Under the pieces are notes generated by a model that was not told where the DNA came from, searched no databases, and saw only the letters and a list, made by a program, of their open reading frames with translations. A stretch of 63,419 bases of DNA, counting the filler, from Reticulomyxa filosa (Eukaryota; Protista; Foraminifera), in assembly GCA_000512085.1 (NCBI GenBank). It is 19 parts of 19 records of this genome, joined end to end, with 100 filler letters (N's around TTAATTAATTAA, not from the genome) between each part and the next. Parts side by side here need not be neighbours in the genome. Positions count along the whole stretch, not along the records: positions 11,079 to 13,444 come from ASPP01002654.1; positions 13,545 to 14,842 come from ASPP01000176.1; positions 14,943 to 16,118 come from ASPP01036901.1; positions 16,219 to 21,435 come from ASPP01005325.1; positions 21,536 to 27,021 come from ASPP01004466.1; 14 more parts are not named here. One strand, written 5' to 3'. A program made the position numbers and the translations under genes. Below, piece after piece: positions 12,216 to 25,582 of this stretch (the first letter of the stretch is position 1; the number at the start of each line of letters is the position of its first letter).

Positions 12216-12349
12216 GTCACGGGTCAGTCTCAGCTTTTTTCTTTTCATCTAAATATTTTATCAGTTTTAGGCGTTCCAAATTTGGGTGTATCTAAAAAAA
12301 AAATAAAAATAAAAAGATTCACATTGGACAAACCAACGTGTAGATGTGC

Positions 12350-12700
12350 CAATTATAGGATTGGAGCAACTTGAGTCTATTGCAAATGGTGGCGATGGGA
12401 TATTCAGAGGACAAAGGTACAAACACTGAAAAGTTTTTGTTTTATTTTAAAAAGAAAAGAAGAGAAATGTTAATGTAGGATGTATATGATGTATATGATA
12501 AATTAACAAAATAATCTTATTTGATGACTGAATAAAAAAAAAAAAAAGATACTTTGAATGCAAACCGGGATATGGACTCAATAGTGAAAATGTACTTGCA
12601 CAGAAGTGTTAAGCTCGAAACAATCCCAGAAGACCTGGAAATGGACCCCTTCAAATTATCAATCGACGGATAGATTGAACGTGGTGACAAAATTGCGCAA
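12350..12700 (+). pseudogene. CAP-Gly domain fragment
   Basis: IIGLEQLESIANGGDGIFRGQR / intron / YFECKPGYG resembles the CAP-Gly G-x-E-L...DG...G-x-RYF-x-C-x-P-x-x-G motif; downstream frames are broken. Confidence 0.6.
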
Positions 12701-14702
12701 GATGATAAGTTTGAATTGAATCATCAGTTCATATTGCACGATATTTGACAACGTGTCTGTATACACTTCCAAACATATTACACTTTAATGCATCAAATGC
12801 AGAAATAAGTAGGAAGCTATCTAAAAAAAAACAAAAATCATTATTGTGCAAAGAAACAGTGATGTATCAATAAAATAGCAATACCTTATGTTCATTGAAG
12901 TAAAAACTAACAAATTTTGTTTTGTTGACTATTTATATACTTGAAATTAGATAAAATAAACGATATTCTTAATGAAATTGAAAGATGTGTTGCAATGATT
13001 TTACAAACAAAACATTTCCATTCAATAAGCTCATGTAGTGAAATAAAAATCATTTTGTTTACTGCATTTCCTTGTTCTCAGAAACATTTGAAATTTTTGT
13101 TGTAATACAGAATGTTTTGATGATTGTACATCAGCATTTTGGACAAAATATAATGACCATTTTTTGTAAAGAAAAATAAGAAGTTTTTTGTTAAGAAAAC
13201 TTGTGCTACATTTGAATTCAGTTGATAGTGTATAGCTATAAATAAGTTACATACTAGTATCATATCAACTCTTTTTCACGCGTTCGACTTGGTTCATTGA
13301 AATAATCATAATCATTTATTAAAATGCAAAAAAAAAACCCCAAAAATGAACTGACGCAAAAAATTACAATAAAATTTATGAAAAAAAAACTTTTCAAAAT
13401 TTTGCTTAAATGAAATATATACATCATTGTGAGTCCAAAAATGTNNNNNNNNNNNNNNNNNNNNNNNNNNNNNNNNNNNNNNNNNNNNTTAATTAATTAA
13501 NNNNNNNNNNNNNNNNNNNNNNNNNNNNNNNNNNNNNNNNNNNNTAGTCTACTCTCTTTAAAACTATATCTGTACGATGTAATATTCTGTAATTGTAGCT
13601 AAACAGAAACATTAATTTCCAAGAGAATGATTAAAGAGAAAAATTGTATAATTTTCATAGCACAGGAATGAACAGAAAAAAGAATGTAGAAGTTTGAGCA
13701 GTTTTTCTGATCAATCTGATAAATACACATTTAATCCCAATTGGGATTGTTTTTTTTTTTTTTGTTAAAATTCGGTCTTTCACGTATGAAGTTAGACAAA
13801 AAGACGTTTCTATAGAGTTTTTTTGGGTTATAATTACTTTCATCAATCCAATTTTTTATTACAAAAAAATCTGCACAAGTAAAACAGTGATCTCACAGCT
13901 TTTCTAGGTATTTTTTTTTTCATTCTGTTTAGTTTTCCAACATTTGTTTTAACTTTGGATTAATGAATTGTCGCTCTTTTGTTCAGACTTAGCGTATACA
14001 ACTCTTGTCTATCACTAAAGTTAGGTCAGACTAATCATTATCACTGTCACTGTCGTTTCTGAAAAAAATTCCAAATAATAAAAGTATATATGGACTGCTA
14101 TAGAAGAGAAACAATCGTATTCACAGAAACTGTGGCTATTTCATTTGAATCAATTATTGAAAAAGGTAACAGCCACAAAAAGTGCTTCTATTATATCTAC
14201 GAAGGGGGAGAGTGCCTTTTTTTTCCTATTTGAAACAAGAGACTATGTGTACACGAGGACTTTTTCTGTGATATCTTCCCCCTTTTTTTTAAGAAATTCT
14301 TTATGTACGTAAACAACAAAAAAAAAAAAATGTACACATAAAAATAATAAAGCAGATTGTAGTGACCCTCGAAGTAGTGTGACATTTATTAGAAACGGAG
14401 AACGTTAAATCACGCTCAAAACTTACCTTTTAAAAAAACATTACACATTCATATTCTCCTCTTCCCCCCTTCCCTCTCAAATCTGTTTTGCACATTCAAA
14501 TGTTTGCAAAATAAAATTAAAAAAACTCATATTTGTCCCTTTTTTGCTGTGTTTTCTTTCTCAGGATCGGTTGATTGTTCGGGCATGAATCTGACTCAAG
14601 CATGCGCTAGTATGTCTTATACGTTTGAGGAAAAAAAGGATTTGAACTTTTTTCTTTTCAAAGAACTTTGTTAAACTCTAAACACAACATTCAATATAAA
14701 TA

Positions 14703-14842
14703 ATGAAAGGTTTTGTGAAGGATGATGCTGCAACCCGAACCCAAGTATTTTTTCTTATTTTCCAAATTACAATTGATAATTGACATTTTGTTTGTTTGTC
14801 GCGATATAATTACAATTTTTAGGTGATGATGAGCAAAGATGG
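14703..14842 (+). CDS. Possible first two exons of an unknown gene
   Basis: ATG at 14703, GT at 14745, AG at 14821-14822, in frame (MKGFVKDDAATRTQ/VMMSKDG); runs off the contig. Confidence 0.3.
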
Positions 14843-15199
14843 NNNNNNNNNNNNNNNNNNNNNNNNNNNNNNNNNNNNNNNNNNNNTTAATTAATTAANN
14901 NNNNNNNNNNNNNNNNNNNNNNNNNNNNNNNNNNNNNNNNNNTTTTCTTTCTTTTTTGTCGTCTCTTTCCTTTGTGTCATATTCTTTAAAAAAATGACAC
15001 AAATTATAGTTTCTTGTTTTTTTTCTTAATTGTCCTTTTTTATTAGAATAAACCAACGAATTTTCATTTCACAGTCACAAAGAAATCCCCTTAAAGATAA
15101 TCATAATAAAAATGTAATGCCCATATATATCGATAACTTTTTTCTCTTCGCTTTGTTGTTTGTTTTTCTGTGTTTTCACTGTTTTGTTCAGTTCATTTT

Positions 15200-16118
15200 C
15201 CTTCTCCTCTTCTGCTTCCATTTTCAATCAATTTCTTCTTCAGTCAACCATTCACTCATTTTCGTTTTCATATGCGTTGAAAACTTTTCATTTTTGTTAT
15301 TCGATCCTCCAATGATATGCATATATGTTGTCTTCATTCAATATTGCAACACGACTATCTAATGGGCTGAAGTGTTATTCATTTGTTTTCTCGAATTGAA
15401 TATTTGTACACTGATTTCAAAACGACAGTCTTACGTAAACACTACCATTCCATCCACCAAAGAACCAGATGGCATCATTGATACACACATAAGCATACTG
15501 AAATAAGTCTGCAATTGTATACCCAAAAAATAGCTTATGAAATTGAAGAGTATTATTATCTTCACCATATTTAATTGATAATCCTGTGTATCTACAAAAC
15601 AACAACATTTCATTCTTTTTTTTCATTGGTTTTTATCACTTGTGTTCCATTTTCTGGCTTTGATACAAAGCAATGCAAAGGAATCCATTGATTGTAATTG
15701 TTTAATTTCTTTGGTTTCTTTAATTTATTTACTTCATTGTCATTAATATTATCATTGTTATTAATGTCATTACCCCAAACGCTTACATATTTCATCACCA
15801 ATGCGTGTTTCTTTTTCCACTAAAAGACAACAAAGTGATTTCATTGCTATCTTTATTGTTGTTATTCACAAGTTTCACTACAGCGTCCTAATAATTCAAC
15901 GTCACTTGGATACGAACAAATAAACTTGTATTTATTTTAAGCATAAAAGTTACTTTGGCTAGAGCCATCACAAACAAAAATTTCATGTTTGTGTAGCAAA
16001 CATTGTGGAAAAGTGGAATGGGTAAGTCCTTCAAATTATGGATCAGAGTTGATTTTTGTGCTGTTTTTGGTTGCTCGTTTAAAACTGATTGCAGTCCAAC
16101 TCTGTGCCAAATCAATAT
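15200..16118 (-). pseudogene. Kelch-like propeller pseudogene
   Basis: LKDLPIPL, VMKYVSVW, LHCFVSKPENG, MLLFC, AYVCINDAIWFFGGWNG, KYSIRENK in several frames, with frameshifts and deletions. Confidence 0.8.
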
Positions 16119-16218
16119 NNNNNNNNNNNNNNNNNNNNNNNNNNNNNNNNNNNNNNNNNNNNTTAATTAATTAANNNNNNNNNNNNNNNNNNNNNNNNNN
16201 NNNNNNNNNNNNNNNNNN

Positions 16219-19200
16219 TTGTTGTTGTTGTGGCTCCTCTTGCTTCTGATATTTCATCCTGTGATATAAGTCCTTTTCGAGCCACTTCCGACTTTGGAGG
16301 TCGTACAGACAATCTCGAAGTCAGATTGTCTCGAACAGCGTATTGGTCTAATGACCAGTCTTGGACATCCTTTTGAATAATTCCTTTGCGAACCAAATAA
16401 TCCTCGGTTGGTCTCTCTTCCAAATTGCCTTGCAATTCATGGGCAACGCCGTGCAACCCTGGGGAAAGAGCACGTTCGTCGTTGACAGGGTAATACAAAT
16501 AGCCGGAGTCAACCATGTCTTCGGGGTCTCTTCGCGAAGCCAATTGGAATTTCAGATTGTGTTCAAGGGCATGTCGTTCCAACTCGGCTTTGGCTGAAGC
16601 ATTGGCCATTGCGTCCACTTTTGGATTGAATGATTTCTTTAAAATGTTTTTCTTTTGCAACTCAACATAGCTTGGTCTTCGTTCTCTGTCGAGTTTCTCT
16701 TCCAAAATTGACTTGGCAGCCTGTGTGGAGCCAGATATCTCGTCGGTCTGCTCAGCTGTCTCCACGTTATTATTCGAATCTTCCTCTTCATGTGGTTCCT
16801 ATTGTAGACATTTACCATTCAATGCATTTATGTGTATTTTTTTTTTTTCCAAAAAAAAAAAAAAAATCACATACACACCTGTCCTTCTTCAACAGGTCTG
16901 ATGTTGTCAATGTCAACACGTCCAAGCACATTTCGTACAAACTCTTCATTTTCCAACAATGATGGACGTCGTTCCAAGTGCGGTTGTAATATTCCCGCTA
17001 CATTCTGCAGCGCATTGTCCAAGTCTAACTTGGCTGGCAACACACCCTTCAACTTGAGATAGTGTTCCGTCACACGCTCTCGGAGTTTCTCTTCGAGGGT
17101 GAACGCTAGAGCGTGCAGCGTTGGCGCCACACGTTCACTGAAAGCGATGCCTTCATCGACCAGCTCCTGGTAGTCTCTTCTTCCTGTCAATGCCTGGTTC
17201 AACTTGAAGCTCATGCGCTTGCGACTTACAGCTCTGGCAGCGGCTGTGATGGACGGAGCCACTTCGTTTTTGAATGAAGCATTTCTTTGTCGCAACTGGC
17301 TCTCTGCAGGTGGATCCACTTGTCTCTTTTGAATCAGTGGTTCCAAAACTTCCACTCTTGGTTGAAGCGAGTCCGCCTTTTTTTAAAAAAAAAAAAAGAT
17401 GTTTCAATGTAAAAAAAAAAAGTAGCAATTGTTTTTATATGCCAACATTCCAAGAAATACACACAAAACATACATATATGTGTATATGTTTATATTTATT
17501 TATGTATTTAACTAAAGACGATCTTCGAACCAATCCCAACTGTTCCATTTGTTGTTTTGCCATCCTGTTTTCTATTCGATCTTCCAATTCTTTTGCTGCA
17601 GGTTGTAAGCGCCTGGAAATACGTTGGTTTTTCATTACTCCTCGTTGTTCGAGTTCATGAACGCTTTGTCTGCGCCTTAGTGCTTCTTCCACCACAAGCG
17701 ATTCTCTGCGACGTCTTTCCGTTCCAGTGCTCGTGTCGGGGGCTTCATCTTGCGGTTTTTGTTTGTACGTGATATTCTTCAATTGGTTGAAAATTTCGTC
17801 GCTTTGTTCTTCATCTCCTTCGGTAGGACTTGCTTTGAGTTGCCTTTTCATTCCCAAGTGGCCTTCCAAATTCGATTTTCTGTTTTGCAATCTTCGTTTT
17901 TTATTTTCTTCCACCTGCTCTTTGTCCTCAAAGAAATAGTCGGTGTCTGGCATAATGCCCCGATATACCACATCTTCAGGCTTTGTTCTTTGTGCCAAGA
18001 AACTGTTCAAATGTTCCTCGGTTTTTGCTGTCTGCGATTGCAGTTTCTTTTTTGCTTCCTCCTATTTGAACAAAAAGCAGATTACGTTTATTCGATTGTT
18101 GTGGTCAATTGTTTTTTTTTTTTTTTTTAAAAAAAAAAACAATAAAGATAAGTTCTTACCGGGTCGTCGTATTCCAAATAGACAGGATTTACGAACCCTC
18201 GTTGTTGAACTTCAGTGAGGGAAGGTCTCTGCTTTAAGTGCAGCAGCAACGATTGTCTGGCTTTTCTCTTGCCCTGCTTCTTTATTTCTTCGGTGTGTAT
18301 AGGTGAATCGCCGCCATACAGCTGTGTATATGTGTGTGATTGATATTTAAAAGGCATTGTCCAAGTTTGCAAACATCGAAAACACTGTGACGTACAAAAC
18401 CTCTCCCTTCAAGTCTTAAGACAAACCTGTTCCAAATAATTTTTGGGTAAGACTCCGCGTTGTTCCAATTCGTCTATGCTGCGACGAGTAGTTACACGAG
18501 TCATCATTGCCGCCGTACGTTTGGCGTACTCTTCTTGGCCGAGGTGCTCCGCCACTGGTCTTGGAGGCACGTATTCATCAAAATTTCCCTATGTTTTGAC
18601 AAACATTTGTATCAACTGTTTGGTATATTCCTCAGATTAGTTTGTCTAACATGTATACGGAGTTTTTTTTTCTGTCTTTCAGATTAACTTACCATTCGAT
18701 TTCTGAACTGTTGTTCCACTTCTTGCGCTGCTCCTTGAATTGCAGGGGCCTATTATATAATCATACATAAAAGCAAAATTGAATAACACAGAAAAAGCGG
18801 AACAACAAAAATTAAAAAGCAAACAAAAGATTCTTACCAAAGTTGTCGAATAAACAATACCCTGTTTTTCCAATTGTTCAATTTCCGGTTGAGCGTCCAG
18901 ACTTCGTCGGACCATGTCTTTTTTGACATTCATTTCCAAGCCCTTGGCGGGCATTTGAAGGGAAGGAGCCACTTTGGAGCCATCGGACATAACGCCTTTG
19001 GACACCAATTCTTGCGTGTCACTGCGATTTTCTATTTCTTGTCGTAATTGGTCTTTTGCCTGAGACTTTTGCAATTGTTCTTGAGCGGCTTGCATTGTCG
19101 TCTTATATATTCCCCCCTTTTCCAATTCGTTAATGTCATGTCTTGACTTCAATCCCTGTTCCAAAGCGGCTCTCGTTTCAGTGTTGGCATTGCCCGTTTC

Positions 19201-21435
19201 CTTTCAAAAGCACACACAAACAAACAAAACAATCACGTGAACAATAAGTTACGAAGCACAAGGAAACCAAAGTGAGGACAAAAACATACATTGGAAACAT
19301 TGTTATCATCGGTATTATTTACTCGCTCTTCCATTTCTAATTTTAATTGATCTTTGATCAGTGATCTTTGTAGTTGCTCTTTGGAAGCTTGCAATGGACT
19401 TTTTAAAATTCCTTAAAGATCGAAAAACAAACAAACAAACAAAAATCAAAGTGAATTATGATAATACATTTGAGTCAAGAGTTGCTTTGGCATTTATCTC
19501 AAAACAAAAATGGAGTGAAATTATACCGGCTTCTTCTAATTCAGAAGCGGGGGGTCTTGATTCCAGATCACGTTTAATTGCGTCCCTGTTTTGTGATTTG
19601 TCCAATTGCTCTTTGGTTGCCTGCAGTGGTGTCTTAAAAATTCTCTCTGCATCAGGCAATTCGCTTGGGTCAGTACGGTCAGAGATTTTTTGTTTCAACA
19701 TGTCTTTCACCAATGATTTTTGCAATTGTTCTGCGTTGACTTGTCGTGGAGACTTGAGGATTCCTTTTTTTTTTTTTTTAAATGTTCAGAGTAATAAAAT
19801 AGAAAGTACACAGTTGCAACAAACAGAGAAAAGAGAGATGTGATACCAGCTTCCTCCAGTTCAGATTGAGATGGTCGTGTTGTTAATTCATGATTCATCG
19901 CATCTTTAATTTGTGACTTTTCCAGCTGTTCTTTTGTCACTTGCAAAGGTGTCTTGTAAATGTTGTCCTTTTCTGCAATATCTTCAAGATTGGGTCTCTC
20001 TTCAATCTCTCGCTCTAGTGTATCTTTGACGAACGATTTTTGCAGTTGTTCTTTCGTCAATTGTCGTGGTGACTTTATTATCCCTGTTTACAAGCACCAC
20101 AGCGCATAATCCAAATTGACGAATACATAAAAAAAAAACAGACAAAATGTAATGTTATATGTGCGGACATCCGCAAAATAAATGAAAAAAAAAATATATA
20201 TATGTATGTATATACCCGCTTCTTCTAATGACGAAGGCGACGGACGCGCTGCCAAGTCATGTTTCATTGTGTCTTTAATTTGTGATTTTTGCAATTGCTC
20301 TTTTGTCACTTGCATCTGTGTCTTGTATATTGACTCTTTTTCTGCCAATTCCTCAGGATTAATTCGATCTTCAAATTCATATTTTAATTGGTCTTTAACC
20401 AATGATCTCTGCAATTGCTCTGTTGCCACTTGTCTTGGAGATTTTAATATTCCTGCATTAGTGTTTATCCATTACACAAAATATGCAGCCATTTACATAC
20501 GCAGATACATATACATATACATATGTGTATGTAAATATTTATTTGAATGAATTTTCCAAATAAGTTCTGACTTGCATCTTCCAATTCAGAAGGTTCAGCT
20601 CGGACATCCAATTCATGTTTTAAAGTATCTTTCGTTTGATTTTTTTCGAGTTGTTCCTTTGTCACTTGTCTGGGAGATTTCAATATTCCTAATTTTAAGA
20701 AGCCAACCAGATGTGTATGCAAAATTTTTTTTTTTTTACGCATATGTTATAAATCTTATTTTTTTAAAATGAGATAGAGAGACAGAGAGAGGAAAAAAAA
20801 AAAGTAAATTTGAAACTTGCTTCTTCGAGTTCTTTCGAATCAGGACGACTGTCTAATTCGTGTTTCATGGTATCTTTAATTTGAGATTTTTGCAACTGTT
20901 CTTTGGATACTTGTAATGATGTTTTGTAAATATTTTGGTTCATCAGTTCATCAGGATCTGCTCTATCTTCAATTTCATATTTCAACACATCCTTTGTTTG
21001 TGATTTTTGTAATTGTTCCTTCGTCGCTTGCATTTGTGTTTTTAAAATGCCTATTTGATTTGTTTGTTCAAACCAATTCTTTTTTTTTCCCCTCTCTCTC
21101 TTTCTACTCTCGCCACTAGTACTCAATATTACTTTTTCATTTTCTCAAAGACATTGAGTCCAATGTGTTTTTCAATTCAAAAATAATAATAATAACATAG
21201 TTATATACATATATATTCTACACACATATGTATATGTACGTGTATATATTCACTACAAACCGACTTCTGCCAGTTTCTCAGGATCTTCTCTATCTTCGAT
21301 TTCATATTTTAAGATATCTTTTGTCTGTGATTTCTGCAATTGCTCTTTTGTCACTTGCATTTGAGATTTCAAAATTCCTTTTTTTAATGTTTGGTTATGC
21401 ATTTGTCGATACCAAACAAGAGTTAAATTAAAAAG
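16219..21435 (-). CDS. Large multi-exon RPEL-repeat (G-actin-binding) protein, incomplete at both ends
   Basis: Roughly 25 L-xxx-L-xx-R-P/x-xxx-EL-xx-x-G/N-I units, e.g. RRPSYVELQKKNIL, QRPSLTEVQQRGFV, RRSIDELEQRGVL, SRPPASELEEAGI, spread over many exons. Confidence 0.85.
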
Positions 21436-21535
21436 NNNNNNNNNNNNNNNNNNNNNNNNNNNNNNNNNNNNNNNNNNNNTTAATTAATTAANNNNNNNNN
21501 NNNNNNNNNNNNNNNNNNNNNNNNNNNNNNNNNNN

Positions 21536-21620
21536 ATTAACAAAAAAAAATGAAGAATATGATTGTGGTGTTAATCTTTGCTATGGTTCAAAAAAAGGTA
21601 TTATTCGTGTTTGGGGATAA
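21536..21620 (+). CDS. Last codons of a WD40-family gene
   Basis: VNLCYGSKKGIIRVWG* is nearly identical to the C-terminus of 36969-38313 (INLCYGSKKGPIRIWG*). Confidence 0.7.
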
Positions 21621-22339
21621 AATTATAGTGTTATGTGCAATTATATAAGCAATTATCAAAGTTAATTAGAATATTGTTTGAATGGTAAAATTAATTATTT
21701 TTTGAAACTTGTTGCGAATCAAACAAATACTTGACAAAATCCAGTTTTTGAGACAAATTCTTCCACTTTTTTAACATCAGCTTTCTCCATATCCGATTCC
21801 GAGTAGTTTTATCTCAAAATCATTAATCCATTTAAATTGAATATGTAATACCTGAATTTAATGTTGAATAATGACAAACAAGATACAATAAAAACTTGCT
21901 TTCTAGTTTATCAATAGCTTTTATTGTATTGATTATTTATTATATATGTTTGCGATTCAAAAATTACTTAATATTGTATTTGAACATTAAAGATTAAGTT
22001 ATGATGGATTAATGACTTTGACAAACTCGTTGTCAATTATGTTGTACTTTTCATTGCTATTGTAATCCATAATCATTACACTTTGTTTATAATCCAAATT
22101 ATCTAAAAATTTCACTAAATATACAAGTGGTTTGCATAATATTGATTATTCAATATTTGACTGGGATTAAAAGATAATACAAGGAGAAAAAAAATTAAGA
22201 ATAATATCTCTAAATTTTTATTTTTAAAAATCGAGTTTTGTTTGAATAATTTATTACTACGTAACATAACTTTTTTGTTTTTCAAGAGGGTCATATCACA
22301 TTCCCCTTTTAAAAAAAATTAAAAACTCAGCAACATTAA

Positions 22340-22613
22340 ATACAAATTTATCTGTGAGTATCCAAGTGATGTCCAATTGTGGGGGCACAGTGTAGTGAAA
22401 CTGGTGGATAATAACAATAACAATAAACGCAACAATAAAATTATTTTGTTGTCTTTTGGTGGATATTTTAATCATACATTGGTGATGAAATATGTAAGTG
22501 TTTGGAGTAGAATTTCAAACAAATCAAAAAAATACAATAAATGGATTCCTTTCACAGATAATCACAATCACCCAATTCATTACATTTTTTTTAGTATAAA
22601 TAAGAAAATTTGA
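22340..22613 (+). pseudogene. Internally deleted Kelch-like fragment
   Basis: YKFICEYPSDVQLWGHSVVKLVD...LLSFGGY...MKYVSVW...WIPFTDNHNHP; no start region and no C-terminal half. Confidence 0.75.
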
Positions 22614-23349
22614 CAATCAAATCATTTACAAGATTTAATAAAAATGTTGACAAGATAAATACTGTCTTAGCTTGACTAAAACAAAACACATAACAAGAAA
22701 TTTTTTAATCTTTTTTTAACACAAAAATATCATCACCGATTTATTTTCTAAAAACAGAAGAATTCATTTTTGATTGATCTAAAATTTTTTTTTGGTAATA
22801 ATTTGTTTATTTATTATTTATTTTGATAAAACACAAATAAATTATATTGAATGAAATAATAAATAATAAACAGTCAAAAATTGATTTGATTTTTTATTTT
22901 ATATGTACCTGTTTCATAATTAAGAAATTTACTAACATTTTTTTCTTTTTTGTTAAATTGAAAATTCTTTCGTATTTGTGAATCACATATTGACTAAGTT
23001 AAAATATTTCAAGTTTTGATGTTATTTATAAACGCTATTTTAGTTTCATTATTTTCTTTTTCGTCTTTAAATATTTATTACAAAAGTGCAATTCTGAAAA
23101 AAAATAGCAAACATATTCAATTTTCTAACAATAAAATTTGATGTGTTTGTTTGTATTCAGTAGTTTTTTTGTAGAGAAAATCAATAAAAAAAATTCGCTG
23201 CATATTTATTATTTGCTTTGATTGTCAACCTTTTTTTTATATATTTGAAAATACCTTGATAAATTTTGCAATTATGAAATAAAACCAAAATTAAGACCAT
23301 ATTCAAAAATAGCATATTTTAATTGTGGTTCTTCGAAATTTATTTATCT

Positions 23350-24528
23350 ACTGTATTTGAAAATAATTCTATCAAAATCATCGATCCACCCTAATTTTAT
23401 CTCTACAGTTCGAGTCAAATATCCAATAATCAACTTTATTTCATTTTTTGACTGTTATTGTTTATTATTAATTTAATATAATTTATTTGCGCTTCATCAA
23501 AATAAACAAATCATTACCAACTGTGAGTGGCCCCACAAACGCACTTTAGTCTTCAAATGACTTGATATTTCTGTATCTTTATCATCTCTTCTTCCAATAA
23601 TGTGTATATAATTGTCTTCTTGCTAAATATTGCAACACAATCATATAATGGACTGGGTAAAGTGTTTTCAAACATCATCCATTTGTTTTCTCGAATTGAA
23701 TACTTGTACACTGATTTTGAACAAGTGAGATTACCATATCCACCAAAGAAAAAAATAGTACAATTGATACAAACATATGCATATTCATAAAATGGTGCAA
23801 TATTATCACAAACATATAGTTAATGAAATTGAAAAGTGTTGTTATCTTCATCATATTCAATTGGTAATCCTGTCTTTTCACAAAACAATAGCATTTGATA
23901 ATTTTGTTGATCTGTTTTGATTATTTCTTGTCCTTGCCCATTTTTTGGATTTGCTACAAAACAATGAAGTAATATTGAATTACCAGTTAGTAAATAGCCA
24001 TGTTTAATAAATTGAAATGTATTTAAATCGAATACACTAATATACTTTGAATAAGTGATAAATAACAAATGATTATTGTTTCCACCAATTACTGCACGCG
24101 CTCCTTCATAACTATCATCATCTTTTCCAATAATAACTGTATGATTGTGATTGTCTGTGAAAGGAACCCATTTATTGTAATTGTTGAATTCATTTGATTT
24201 ATTTGATATTTTATTCCAAACACTTAACATATTCCATCATTAATGTATGATTATAATATCCACCAAAAGACAACAAAGTGATTTGATTTTTATCTTCGTT
24301 GTTGTTATTGTTGTTATCTACCAGTTTCACTACACTGTGTCCCCATAATGTAACATTACTTGGATAGTTACAGATAAACTTGTATTCGTTTTTGAGTATA
24401 TCATAAGAATAACAAGCCCTTTGAAGACGACCTCCACAAATGACGAGTTCGTGTTTGTGTAGTACACATTGGGCTTGATGAAGTGGAATGGGCAACTCCT
24501 TCAAAGTTTGAAAGGCTTGGTCGCTCAT
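23350..24528 (-). pseudogene. Full-length Kelch-like propeller gene, disrupted
   Basis: Colinear with 25583-26755, but with a frameshift near 24228, an in-frame TAA at 23820-23822 and another frameshift near 23620; ends with LTRTVEIKLGWIDDFDRII. Confidence 0.85.
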
Positions 24529-24799
24529 GTTGTTAATGTTGAGAAAGTATGAAGTAGTTCAGATTTTTTTGAAAAGGAGAAGGACATGAAGAAAGTACTT
24601 TCAAAAGTAAGAAGTGAGATTATATTCCTGTTATTACATCTAAAGATCCTTCTATTAAATGAATTTTTCTTTCTACAGCTACATTCCATAAAAATGATAA
24701 AATTTTTGAAAAATCTTACATCAAATGATTCGTGTGAGCGGCTTGTATAGTGATGCCTTGGACACTTGCGAAGCAGAGTGAGCCCATGTCAGTATACGT

Positions 24800-25403
24800 T
24801 ATTAGAATGGTACCATTTTGAAGACAATGGACAAAAGTGTTATGCATTTAGTTGATTGTTTAGCTGGACAATCAAAGAAGGAGAAAAAAAAATTGAATTT
24901 TGGGACTAGATTACAACGAATACAATACAAAACGAGATTTGTATGTAAAAAAATTGGAATGATATATGTATCAACTTGTGCCAATTCACGATTGTCCAGC
25001 TGGACGTTTATGCATAATCCCGAGGGACGTTCATGGACAGCAATAAATTTTATCCTACCGCAAAGATTGCTGTTGTGCAGGAGATATCCTAACTGGTGAT
25101 ATTAAAGTATTTGGTATTTGTGGAATATTGGAGAGACTAGGAAAATTTGGATATTTGGATGCCCACCCAGATGGAATGGCCAATGTACTTGTTGGCGTTA
25201 CCAAAGGGGTGCAATATATACACGAAATTAAAGACAATGTTATTGGTGCTTTCATGCCTGTCACCAGTTTTGGAGTTTTGTGTAAGAATCCTCTTCGTAG
25301 TGTTCGTTTCAATTTGGAAAATGTCATAATTTATTCCAATGTCATCTATCGTAGTGTAGGACAAATGAATCCTTGTACCAAACGTGTGTGCTATGTCTGC
25401 TAA
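24800..25403 (+). pseudogene. Unidentified decayed coding fragment between two divergent Kelch-like genes
   Basis: Less AT-rich, coding-like stretch (…VPIHDCPAGRLC…RKDCCCAGDILTG…KFGYLDAHPDGMANV…) interrupted by stops. Confidence 0.35.
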
Positions 25404-25582
25404 TTGATCATCAAAAATAAAGAGATTCGATTTTTTTAATCTAAAAAAAATATCTTTAATGACAATCAAATCAAATTTATTATATTTTGATACGTAAAAT
25501 ACTTTTTAGTTTTTTTGTTTTCAAGGTCATGCCACGTCTCCCTTTTTTTTTTTTTTTAAAAAAAAATTACAACATTAGCAAC

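Noticed and set aside
20570-20822. GCAAGT GC-type donors in the RPEL gene
   Set aside because: A canonical phase-1 GT four bases downstream preserves the frame with the available acceptors
23820-23822. In-frame TAA as evidence of stop-codon reassignment
   Set aside because: The same gene has frameshifts, and intact genes in the window end in TAA, TAG and TGA normally
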